Source of the DNA: Candidatus Bathyarchaeota archaeon
GTDB lineage: Archaea > Thermoproteota > Bathyarchaeia > 40CM-2-53-6
Reading direction: 5' to 3'
Assembly: GCA_963706285.1 (NCBI GenBank)
Contig: CAVPLU010000003.1
Coordinates: 96,001-160,000 of the forward strand
DNA: 64,000 nt
The notes beneath the pieces were generated by a model. It worked only from the letters and a program-made list of their open reading frames with translations. It was not told where the DNA came from and did no database searches. Below are positions 41,900 through 50,295 of this stretch, piece after piece (the stretch's first letter is position 1; each line of letters begins with the position of its first letter). Position numbers and translations under genes: made by a program.

Positions 41900-42073
41900 G
41901 TGATTAGCTCGAAGACGAAAGGTAAGTGGATCATTGTCGATAATGACGTCTATCAGCGACTCAAGGCTGTTGGCGAGAAAGGCGAAACGTTCAGCAATAT
42001 CATACGCAAACTCTTAGAATCATACGAGCATATGGTCGCACCCAAGGAAGAGATAGAACCTAGCGAACATTAG
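41900..42073 (+). CDS. 57-aa RHH/VapB-antitoxin-like DNA-binding protein
   Basis: KWIIVDNDVYQRLKAVGEKGETFSNIIRKLL matches the archaeal IxxxxxVYxRL...GESFSxxIxRLL pattern. Confidence 0.8.
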   Translation: MISSKTKGKWIIVDNDVYQRLKAVGEKGETFSNIIRKLLESYEHMVAPKEEIEPSEH

Positions 42074-42088
42074 AACGAAGGGGATCTA

Positions 42089-42253
42089 ATGTACGTTGAA
42101 CCCAAGACCTGCATGAACTGCGGTAGGGAGAGTCCGTCAGAGAGCCGATATTGTGACTTGTGCGGTTTGCCTCTCATCACAATTGTTGACTGCTTGGACT
42201 ATGCTGTCGAAATCAATAACAGATACTTCACACCATGGGAATCGCAAGCGTGA
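42089..42253 (+). CDS. 54-aa zinc-ribbon microprotein
   Basis: MYVEPKTCMNCGRESPSESRYCDLCGLPLITIVDC... Confidence 0.78.
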   Translation: MYVEPKTCMNCGRESPSESRYCDLCGLPLITIVDCLDYAVEINNRYFTPWESQA

Positions 42254-42263
42254 ATTGATTCTC

Positions 42264-42294
42264 TTATCTTAGAGGTACAGCGCTCTGTCCTCAA
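42264..42294 (+). repeat. 31-bp direct repeat, copy 2
   Basis: TTATCTTAGAGGTACAGCGCTCTGTCCTCAA. Confidence 0.8.
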
Positions 42295-42658
42295 GGCGAC
42301 AAAAGATTCTGGATAGCCAGGTTCTCTTGGGAATAGTATCAGTCTCCTGACCATTGGAAAGCTGGAAGATTCGCATGGGTTGAGATCCACGGGCTTATTT
42401 AGCCGAAGATTGAGAAGGTCAAACCGAACGATGGACGACATACCTCGCGCCAGCATCAACCAGATTATTGTAGGAATCATACTATGGGTAGCTCCCGGAC
42501 GAGTATTTGCCGCCCCGACTCCTCATGCAGATCGAAGCGCATTTGAGAGGCTGCGTCAACTGCTAGAAGGAGAACAAGAAGAGAGGACTTCGCCGCGACG
42601 CTTCCTCCCCTCTCCCAGTGCTCTTGTGCTCACATCGAAGGACGGAAAGGAGTTCCGA

Positions 42659-42799
42659 ATGGAACAGGTGGCGTATCAGACAATAACAGAGGTGGGCATC
42701 GTCGAATGGAGTCAGAGCGAGGTCGCCTCACTTGAGTCAGCGGCAGGTGCGGCATTGGGGGCTGGCCTGGCTCTTGGTGTACTGTCGGCAGTAGAGTAG
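42659..42799 (+). CDS. 46-aa peptide: acidic N-terminal half plus Gly/Ala-zipper C-terminus
   Basis: MEQVAYQTITEVGIVEWSQSEVASLESAAGAALGAGLALGVLSAVE, with a GGAG Shine-Dalgarno upstream. Confidence 0.6.
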   Translation: MEQVAYQTITEVGIVEWSQSEVASLESAAGAALGAGLALGVLSAVE

Positions 42800-43018
42800 G
42801 TGCCTAACGCATGTCAAGATCCTCAAGGTCAAAACGAAAGGAGTACGAGATGTGGGTTCCAGAAGCAACCAAGTGGGCTGACAAGATTGGCAAACGGATG
42901 TCGGCGCATCGTTCTGCAACAATTGCGGTGCCCTGAATCCTCACAAACCCTGAGTTCCAAGTCGGCGGCTTGATATGCCAACACTATGAGTCTCTTAGTG
43001 AGGAGAAGAACGGTGAAG

Positions 43019-43240
43019 ATGATTACGTACGAGGGCCGGGGAACGCATTATTTGGTTTTTGATAAGGACCTCAACATGCACTTCGTGGTAGGCAAGAGTG
43101 ACAAGATCGAAATTCCAGATGACCTCTACAAGACTCTGAAGGAGCGGGGGCATATGGCAGAGGGCAAACTCGCCGACGCGCAACCAGCCCAAGTGACCAA
43201 AGAGTCGCTTGACAAGCTTAGATTTGGCGAAATTTCGTAG
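43019..43240 (+). CDS. Hypothetical 73-aa protein
   Basis: Natural-looking ORF with a GGTGA element upstream. KIEIPDDLYKTLKE segment is RHH-like. Confidence 0.65.
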   Translation: MITYEGRGTHYLVFDKDLNMHFVVGKSDKIEIPDDLYKTLKERGHMAEGKLADAQPAQVTKESLDKLRFGEIS

Positions 43241-43255
43241 GCTCTTACTCACTCT

Positions 43256-43465
43256 CTACAGCGCCTGCACGGTCCGGTGGAGATACCACCAACGTTTCTG
43301 ATGTTCCTTAGAGAATTGCTTTCCTTTTCGATCTTTTCCGAGCGGTTCATGGCACATCTTACAATCGGTGGGTTGCGTGGTTGTCGCTGCTGTTGGCGGC
43401 CGTATTGCTTCTGCAAATGGCGGGACAATGCAGGTGCGGATGCAACTTGTCGGAAGATTGTCCAA
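43256..43465 (-). CDS. Small protein with degenerate CxxC...F(C)SxxH finger
   Basis: CKMCHEPLGKDRKGKQFSKEHQKRWWY. Confidence 0.45.
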   Translation of the reverse strand: MDNLPTSCIRTCIVPPFAEAIRPPTAATTTQPTDCKMCHEPLGKDRKGKQFSKEHQKRWWYLHRTVQAL

Positions 43466-43570
43466 ACGAGTCCTGCAACTGGGGACAATTAGGCTAACCC
43501 ATTTTGGGATGGCTTAGAGAAATGTCCTAGCTGCGGAACCGCCTTGGTTCCATTATCAGAGCCTACCTGA
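43447..43570 (+). CDS. Zinc-ribbon microprotein (one frameshift)
   Basis: CPNESCNWGQL / ANPFWDGLEKCPSCGTALVP after removing one base near 43492. Confidence 0.5.
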
Positions 43571-43651
43571 CCGCTACGGCCGAACCTCCACGACCTGGGT
43601 AAGGCGCGAATCTGGATTAGGCGCTAGGTTGAGAGGATCGCCACTAGCAGT

Positions 43652-43924
43652 TTACCAGTATCCGAACATTGAGGGTTGGAACCGTGACATCGGGGACCAT
43701 GGATAGAAGCTTGGACCCATGCCCATACCCATGCTTGGACCCATGCCCATCATCGGCGTTGAACCCATCATTGGGTATGAGTAGGGCTGGCCGTAGTAGG
43801 AGTTGAAGCTCGGAGAATAGCGAGGGTAGCAAACAATCGGACCAGTTGGATGCCCAACAACTGCACCAGCCAACGCTCCGGTAAGCCCTAGAGCTCCAAG
43901 TGCTCCCAAACAAAGAAGTGACAT
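43652..43924 (-). CDS. 90-aa Gly-zipper + Tyr/Pro/Met/Gly-rich protein (paralog 1)
   Basis: MSLLCLGALGALGLTGALAGAVVG...YYGQPYSYPMMG...PSMFGYW. Confidence 0.75.
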   Translation of the reverse strand: MSLLCLGALGALGLTGALAGAVVGHPTGPIVCYPRYSPSFNSYYGQPYSYPMMGSTPMMGMGPSMGMGMGPSFYPWSPMSRFQPSMFGYW

Positions 43925-43957
43925 AGAATCAGACCAGGTAATTTGTTCACTCTGACG

Positions 43958-44039
43958 CTCTAAAGGATTCCGCGGCACATTGAAGCAATCATATCTAGAT
44001 TGTGAGCGAGGTTGGGCGATAACGACACGGTCGTGTGAT
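43958..44039 (-). promoter_or_regulatory. Duplicated upstream region, copy 1: TATA-like TTTAGA and palindrome ACGAC-N3-GTCGT (44022-44034)
   Basis: Colinear similarity to 44424-44507. Confidence 0.65.
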
Positions 44040-44108
44040 TGGTCGTCGTTACTCACGTACAAACGGTGGCACTTACACCCGTAACGGGTCGTGTGCGGGA
44101 AGACAGTA

Positions 44109-44387
44109 TCAGTAGTATCCGTACATCATTGGAGACGGGCCTGCACAGAAGCTTGGAGCCATCAATGGGTACGACGCCATCATCGGGTATGCGGACGGGT
44201 AGTAGTATGGGTAATAGACGGGTCGACGCATAAATGCTGCAGCGACCAAACCAACCACTACTCCGCCTACTAAGCCAGCTGCTAAGCCTCCAGCTATTGC
44301 GCCGAGGGATAGTCCTCCGACAGTAGCAGCTGAACCGGCAACGGTGCCCGAACCGATAGCGGCTCCTGTGCAGCAAACAATCGCCAA
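44109..44387 (-). CDS. 92-aa Gly-zipper + Tyr/Pro/Met-rich protein (paralog 2)
   Basis: (M)AIVCCTGAAIG...GAIAGGLAAGLVGGVVVG...PVYYPYYYPSAYPMM...PMMYGYY. Confidence 0.75.
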   Translation of the reverse strand: MAIVCCTGAAIGSGTVAGSAATVGGLSLGAIAGGLAAGLVGGVVVGLVAAAFMRRPVYYPYYYPSAYPMMASYPLMAPSFCAGPSPMMYGYY

Positions 44388-44423
44388 TTGGAATCGAACC
44401 ACGAGAAGCCGTACGTTCTTAGC

Positions 44424-44507
44424 CTTCTAAAAGGTATCGAGACACATTGACGCATCCATATCTTCTTCGCGAGTGAAGTCGTGACGACAACGACATGGTC
44501 GTGTGAT
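44424..44507 (-). promoter_or_regulatory. Duplicated upstream region, copy 2: TTTTAGA and ACGAC-N3-GTCGT (44490-44502)
   Basis: CACATTGAxGCAxxCATATCT and AACGACAxGGTCGTGTGAT are shared with copy 1. Confidence 0.65.
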
Positions 44508-44615
44508 GTGTCAAGACGCAGCGAGCAACCAGGTTCACATGAACCAGGCGAAACGTTCAGCGCTATCATACGCAGCCTCATAGAGACCTGCGAACGCGAG
44601 AAAGTGAAGTCCTAG
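44508..44615 (+). pseudogene. Truncated copy of the VapB/RHH-like gene
   Basis: GETFSAIIRSLIE versus GETFSNIIRKLLE (41900 gene), with shared DNA AGGCGAAACGTTCAGC..TATCATACGCA. The N-terminal strand/helix is missing. Confidence 0.6.
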
Positions 44616-44950
44616 TCATGGGTGTTGTTCTATAGGCGTAAAGCCCAGCAGAGCGCGAGATGGGCGGGCAATCAGCTAGAGACTCCAAGGTTCATCCACT
44701 TGTAATGCAGTGGATGTAAGTAGAGGACTAGACCTTCTATTCAGCCGGACGCTAATGTGGGGAAGGAGGAACGTCATTTCTCCTTCAGTGACGAAGCCAT
44801 GGCGAACCGAAGAGCCATGGGCTATTCCACAGACGAAGGAGCGTCATGTGGCTCCACAGAAGCGCCCGCAATAATCTTCTCTTGTCCCTAAGGATACAAC
44901 GCTTGTCCTAGCGTAGCAGACATGCTGCACGCTGAAACATGAAGGGACCA

Positions 44951-45670
44951 CTAACTTTGCTTTCTTGCAACGACCATTGCATGGTCTTTTTCATAGGGTT
45001 CCAATCGGACCGTGTCGATGATCTCGAATCCTCGCTGCACAAGTATGCGTTTCTCCTGAGTGAACACAGTACCTGGGCTCATTGTTACGTCCACGCTTCT
45101 CGACTTCACGGCCAACATTATGGTCCCTGACTTCTTCAAGAAAAGTTCGGAGTTGTCGGCGAGGATTCTTGCTTGCTCGGGCTGGGCAATATCGCAGTAG
45201 ATTGCGTCCACAGGGGAAACAAGGGATCTGTAGGCGCTTGGATGTCTCGCGTCGGCTAGGATGGGAGACATGTTCGGTCTCTCAGAACAGACGCGATCGA
45301 TGAGTTCACGCATTGTCCGTTGCGCGAACTCGACGCAATAGACCAGTCCCTCGTCTCCCAGGATGTCGCTCACATGGCTCGCGGTGGTTCCGCTTGCCGC
45401 ACCGAGATATAGAACTCTTCGACCTGGACCAATTGAGACCTCCTTTACCTCTTTCAGTATTGCAGCCGCGAGTTTGCTTCTATACGCATCCCACAGCCTG
45501 TACTCTTTTCGACCAAACTTCACCAATTGCTCTCCGTAGACGGAGTGGCCGGGGCTGAGGTTCTTCGTGGCGAGCCGACGTGAGTTATCTTGAAACTTGA
45601 CCCAGTATACACCTTCGAATCGTTGGTGGGGGCTAACGTCTTCGACGTTGATCACGTCTGCGGCCCTCAA
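44951..45670 (-). CDS. flpA: Fibrillarin-like rRNA/tRNA 2'-O-methyltransferase
   Basis: VYGE, RSKLAAAI, VLYLGAASGTT, DIAQP, LEPYEKDH. Confidence 0.96.
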   Translation of the reverse strand: MRAADVINVEDVSPHQRFEGVYWVKFQDNSRRLATKNLSPGHSVYGEQLVKFGRKEYRLWDAYRSKLAAAILKEVKEVSIGPGRRVLYLGAASGTTASHVSDILGDEGLVYCVEFAQRTMRELIDRVCSERPNMSPILADARHPSAYRSLVSPVDAIYCDIAQPEQARILADNSELFLKKSGTIMLAVKSRSVDVTMSPGTVFTQEKRILVQRGFEIIDTVRLEPYEKDHAMVVARKQS

Positions 45671-46898
45671 AACGTCTCCTCTGGAAAGGTTGCTTCTCTG
45701 GTGGTCTCATCGGCGGTTCTTTGTATTTCTCTTGAATCTCAGCGATCTTCTTCTCCAGATCCTTAGTGAGTTTCTCGCCCATGTACTCTCCTCCGAAAGC
45801 GTCAACCCTTATGGCGATCGCAAGCTTTCCGGAAAGTGCTCTTGCGATCTTTCCTCTCTGCCAGCGAGGCGATTGATGAATCGATCCGTACTGGAAGATC
45901 ACTCCATGCTTTGGCGGCCTAGCCCCAGTCTTCAATGACCTGAAGAGCGCCTTTTCTGCCCCCAGGACCTGCATAGTACTTGCCGGCATCTTGGCTAGAT
46001 TCTCCAATCCTCCTGCTATCGACATTAGTCGTGCCGTAAGGAGAGGCCCCAACATTGTAGTGGTGTTTGGGGCGGCCTGCTTCATCACCTCGTCAACGTA
46101 GGTTTCGGCCTTCTCTCGAAACTTCATGAGTTCCAGAGTGTCTCTGCAGAATGACCGCAACCATTCCAGATCTTCTTCTGGGAAGCTGGCTCCCATCGAC
46201 TTGTGCGCTGATGATGCCATCTGCTCGATCTTCTCCGTCGGGATCCCTTCTTTCTCGAGGTTCTCTTCTGTGAAGTTTGATCGCAGGCCAAGATCAGCTA
46301 CAAGTCGAGCATAGGTATCATGTTTTTCTACGAGGCGATCAAGCTCAGGGAAGTGCAAACCATACCATTCTCGTACTCGTCCCGCGAAGAGGTTGATCGT
46401 CTTATCGATATCATCGATCGCACGCACGGCCTGAACTGCATAGAGGTCACGCTTCGCTGTCGCAATGGTGACTGCTCCTCGCGCGAGTTCCACCGTCACC
46501 TGCCGAATAAATCCGAGATATTCCTCAATGTCGACGATTGGTTTGACATCGAGTCTCTGTTGCTTAAGCCACTTTGATCTTCCTTTCCAGTCGGTTGCGA
46601 GTCTCTCTCGGAACTGCGTTACCGCGGTGGTCCCAGCCTCAACTCTAGTAGGCATCTCATCGATCGACTTCAGTGCTTTCGCTAGCGCGTCTGTCTCTGC
46701 AACCAGAGTGTCAAAGCCTGCCTTTCGCAGCGAGGACACAAACTCTCTTAGCTCGGGAACAGGGGTTCCGGATTGGAGTCGGCTGAGCTTTTCCGCGGCT
46801 TCATTTGCTTTCTTGCCAAACAGTATCTTCTCAATCACTGAGCCATCTTTGTCGATGGCGAAGACTCCTGCGGGCGCTTCTACAACATGGATATCCAC
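45633..46898 (-). CDS. nop5: C/D box sRNP protein Nop5 (Nop56/58)
   Basis: REWYGLHFPEL, APN, QVLGAEKALF, PKHG, RGKIARAL. Confidence 0.96.
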   Translation of the reverse strand: MDIHVVEAPAGVFAIDKDGSVIEKILFGKKANEAAEKLSRLQSGTPVPELREFVSSLRKAGFDTLVAETDALAKALKSIDEMPTRVEAGTTAVTQFRERLATDWKGRSKWLKQQRLDVKPIVDIEEYLGFIRQVTVELARGAVTIATAKRDLYAVQAVRAIDDIDKTINLFAGRVREWYGLHFPELDRLVEKHDTYARLVADLGLRSNFTEENLEKEGIPTEKIEQMASSAHKSMGASFPEEDLEWLRSFCRDTLELMKFREKAETYVDEVMKQAAPNTTTMLGPLLTARLMSIAGGLENLAKMPASTMQVLGAEKALFRSLKTGARPPKHGVIFQYGSIHQSPRWQRGKIARALSGKLAIAIRVDAFGGEYMGEKLTKDLEKKIAEIQEKYKEPPMRPPEKQPFQRRRFEGRRRDQRRRR

Positions 46899-47042
46899 TT
46901 GTGTTCATTCTCCTTGAACTATCGCGATGTTATCGACAATTGGTCGCCATAGGACGTAGGCGATGTCGAGATAAAGCCTTACTGACCTAAAGTGGACGGA
47001 GCGTTAATAGCCAAAACTCAGTAGTCCTATCCAGAATGCGGC

Positions 47043-47969
47043 GTGGTGGAGTCTATGAGTGCCCTATCGACAGAGATCGCCGGAGTGAGACTGAGTAATC
47101 CGACTATGCTTGCATCTGGTTTTCTGGGCGTTTCTGGTCAGACGCTGAAACGGGTCGTTGAAGCGGGTGCGGGCGCCGTCGTTACAAAGTCCTCAAGCTT
47201 GAAACCGCGTGAGGGTAATCCAGGTCCCACGATTGTTGAGCTTCCAGTCGGTCTTCTGAATGCGATCGGCCTCGCGAGTCCTGGAATCATGATGATGGAA
47301 GACGAAATTGCTGAAGTGAAGAGGTCTGGGGTGCCCGTCATAGTCAGTGTATTTGGTTTCTCGACCTCTGATTATTCGAAATCGGCTCGGATCGCGGAGA
47401 CATTCGGAGCCGATGCTATCGAGTTGAATGTATCATGTCCACACGTATCTGGAGTATCAGAGATCTGTCAGGATCCAAGGATCGCAGCCAAGGTCACTCG
47501 GAGCGTGAAGAGGCGAGTTGGGATTCCTGTCTTTGTGAAGCTTTCTCCAAACGTTGCGGACATTGTCAAGATAGGTCGTTCTGTCGAGCGAGCTGGCGCG
47601 GACGCAATCACTGCTATCAACACGATCAGAGGCATGGCGATTGACATACAAGTTCGACTACCTGTGCTATCGGCTAGGATCGGCGGGTTATCCGGCCCTG
47701 CGATCAAGCCGGTGGCAATTCGATGCGTGTACGAGCTAGCTGAAAAGGTCAAGCTCCCCATAATCGGGGTTGGAGGGATTACCGGCTGGGAGGATGCTGT
47801 CGAGTTCTTCCAGGCTGGTGCAAGCGCGGTCCAGATAGGAACAGCAATTCTTCAGAAAGATCTCAAGGTTTTCTCGGAGGTCATTGATGGTCTCTCAACC
47901 TATTTGAAAGAGAATGGGTTCACCGGTGTCTCCGACCTGGTCGGCGTCGCTCATTCGAGATCTTCATAG
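47043..47969 (+). CDS. pyrD: Dihydroorotate dehydrogenase (family 1)
   Basis: NPTMLASG, TKS, NAIGL, ELNVSCP, VKLSPN, INT, GGLSG. Confidence 0.95.
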   Translation: MVESMSALSTEIAGVRLSNPTMLASGFLGVSGQTLKRVVEAGAGAVVTKSSSLKPREGNPGPTIVELPVGLLNAIGLASPGIMMMEDEIAEVKRSGVPVIVSVFGFSTSDYSKSARIAETFGADAIELNVSCPHVSGVSEICQDPRIAAKVTRSVKRRVGIPVFVKLSPNVADIVKIGRSVERAGADAITAINTIRGMAIDIQVRLPVLSARIGGLSGPAIKPVAIRCVYELAEKVKLPIIGVGGITGWEDAVEFFQAGASAVQIGTAILQKDLKVFSEVIDGLSTYLKENGFTGVSDLVGVAHSRSS

Positions 47970-49665
47970 CCTGAAATCTTCTCGATTCATATGTGATTCT
48001 GCCTCCGACAATGGTTGCCAAGACTCTGATCTTGCGTATCTCCTTCAGCGGGATCTGGAGAGGATCGCGATCAAGCACGACTAAGTCCGCAACGTTCCCC
48101 TCACGAATCACTCCTTTCAGTTCTTCTTCATGTGTTGCGAAGGCGGCATTCTTGGTGAACATTTCGAGCGCGTCTTGGATCCCGACTCGTTCACCGTAGT
48201 CACCAGTTGCGGAATTGACCGCCGCGGAGATGCCTTCCAGCGGATCGATTGGTTCAACTGGACAGTCCGATCCTCCAACCACGGTGGCCCCGCTCTTCAG
48301 TAGAGATCTGAGTGCATAGACGAACTTCGCGCGTTCGCGGCCTACTCGGACTGGAACCCATGGATCAGAGGGTATGAAGTGCGGTTGAACTGACGCGATA
48401 ACCTTCGCACGTTTGATTCTCTTGATCAAGTCAGGGTTGAGGACAGATGCGTGTTCTATTCGGTGTCTCAAGTTGTCAGATTGTGGAACGGCAAGCTCAG
48501 CGTTCTCGATGGCTGTCAGCGCCATCGCGATCGCATGATCGCCAATAGCATGAATCGCAACCTGAAACCCCATACGAGACGCGGATTCGATAATCGTGTT
48601 AAGCTCGTCTTGCGAGTGAATCAGAATTCCGCGCGTATCTGGCGAGTCAGAATATGGAGTCTCAAGCGCCGCCGTGCGAGCTCCCAACGAGCCATCAGTG
48701 AAGACCTTGATGGCTTGGATCTTGAGCATCTCGTCTCCGAATCCGGTTGAGATGCCTATCTTGCTGGCTGAATCAAGCCAGTCGTCCGGAATCAGGACAT
48801 AGATTCTGGCACGCAGTTCTCCTGCACGATTCATGGTATGCAGAACGCGGAGATATTGTGGCTCGTCGACGATGCAGTGTATTGACGTCAAACCTGCGGA
48901 AACGGCTCTGTGCATTGCCAGCGAGATGGCCTTCCGTAGTTGTCGATCATCTAATCCGGGTATGTGAGAGTGTACAAGGCTCATTGCATTCTCCCGAAAC
49001 ACACCAGTTGGTTCTCCTGTCTCGTTCTCGTAGTCAATGACTCCTCCCGCTGGGGATTCGGTGGTTCTCGTTATGTTTGAAAGTCGCAGCGCAACGCTGT
49101 TTGCAACGCAAATGTGTTCGCATACCCGGAAAACGCATACTGGCTTGTCAGGGACAGCCGCGTCCAAGTCGAATCGATTGGGAAATCTTCGTTCGCGCAG
49201 TCTCTCTTGGTCCCATCCGTATCCTAGCACCCATCCATCGACTCGAGTTCTCTTAGATTGTCTTCTCAGCGCGTCCTGAATCTCCGAGATTGAAGTCGAC
49301 TTGCGAAGGTTCGCTCCGGACAACTCGATGCCATAACTCACAAGGTGCGTGTGACAATCAGTGAACCCAGGCAGAACGGTTGCTCCGTCAAGGTTCCAAA
49401 CTTGCGCCTGTCCTTTTACGAGCGCTCGTAGCTCTCGATCTGTTCCGATCTTGGCTACCTGTCCGTGCTCGAGCGCGAGGGCCCGAGCCCTAGGGCGTCC
49501 GCTATCAAGTGTAATAATTTCGGCGTTTAGAAATATGGTATCGGCTTCTCTGTGAGATATCTTGCTAGTCTTCGCTCTCGCTGTCGTCCTTATCCGCGTC
49601 TGACTCGTCTTCCCTCTCGGAATGGATTGAGTCGTATTCTTCCGGCCACTCAATCTTTCCGCCAC
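47920..49665 (-). CDS. Amidohydrolase family 3 (YtcJ-like)
   Basis: PGFTDCHTH, DGSLGARTA, HAIGD, RIEH, GSDCP. True start likely near 49560, since the 5' extension overlaps the zinc-ribbon gene. Confidence 0.92.
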   Translation of the reverse strand: MAERLSGRKNTTQSIPRGKTSQTRIRTTARAKTSKISHREADTIFLNAEIITLDSGRPRARALALEHGQVAKIGTDRELRALVKGQAQVWNLDGATVLPGFTDCHTHLVSYGIELSGANLRKSTSISEIQDALRRQSKRTRVDGWVLGYGWDQERLRERRFPNRFDLDAAVPDKPVCVFRVCEHICVANSVALRLSNITRTTESPAGGVIDYENETGEPTGVFRENAMSLVHSHIPGLDDRQLRKAISLAMHRAVSAGLTSIHCIVDEPQYLRVLHTMNRAGELRARIYVLIPDDWLDSASKIGISTGFGDEMLKIQAIKVFTDGSLGARTAALETPYSDSPDTRGILIHSQDELNTIIESASRMGFQVAIHAIGDHAIAMALTAIENAELAVPQSDNLRHRIEHASVLNPDLIKRIKRAKVIASVQPHFIPSDPWVPVRVGRERAKFVYALRSLLKSGATVVGGSDCPVEPIDPLEGISAAVNSATGDYGERVGIQDALEMFTKNAAFATHEEELKGVIREGNVADLVVLDRDPLQIPLKEIRKIRVLATIVGGRITYESRRFQAMKISNERRRPGRRHR

Positions 49666-49771
49666 ACTTGTCGCAGTAGACGGCGCTTAGAAAAAGCTCT
49701 TGTTCGCAGTTCTCACAGAAGAACCTCTTCTGCTTCACTTCTGATTCAGGCTTCGCTTCCGGTTCTGCCAT
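49565..49771 (-). CDS. Zinc-ribbon protein with acidic tail
   Basis: FFCENC...YCDKCGGKIEW followed by a D/E-rich tail. Confidence 0.8.
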   Translation of the reverse strand: MAEPEAKPESEVKQKRFFCENCEQELFLSAVYCDKCGGKIEWPEEYDSIHSEREDESDADKDDSESED

Positions 49772-50295
49772 GACGGTCATCCAGTTCCACTTGTCCTACT
49801 AGCGAACGGGCCTGCGGACACCTTATAGGTTCCCCACACCGACCAGCCAAAAACGCCGTGTTTTGGTATGTGCCTCTAGCAGGCTTGCGTCAAAACTACA
49901 CCTAGCCTCCCCAATCAGGTGTGGCTGTCGATCCAGAGCCTGAGTCCAGCACAGGCACACCGACCAGGTCGACAGACCGCATCCCGGCATCATTCAGAGA
50001 AAGATAAGTGCCTTGGGAATCTCGCCTCACGACAACCTAGCAGTCAGCGTAACTCGCGCTGGATATTGAATGAGGCTGATCTGGAAGCTTCAATCTCATG
50101 GTTAACGCTGATGGAGGACACCCCATTAGCTGGCGCCACCCTGCTGGACGATACTACTTTCTTCCGAGCATCACGCAAGAGGGCGCAAGCCTTTCATTCT
50201 CGTCACTAGCGTGGAACGAGTGCGTGACAGAAGAGGAGCGATTAGGAAGTGCGAGACGGGTCGGAGACGAGCCGGCCGCCTCAAGGCTCAAGAAT

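Noticed and set aside
42811-42953. Fragment ...G*QDWQTDVGASFCNNCGALNPHKP with an in-frame TGA (selenocysteine idea)
   Set aside because: The TGA is not at a Cys-motif position and no SECIS was recognised. More likely a decayed or mis-assembled zinc ribbon.
37800-44940. Island as a provirus, integron or CRISPR array
   Set aside because: No integrase, transposase, capsid gene, att duplication or regularly spaced repeat-spacer units were found.
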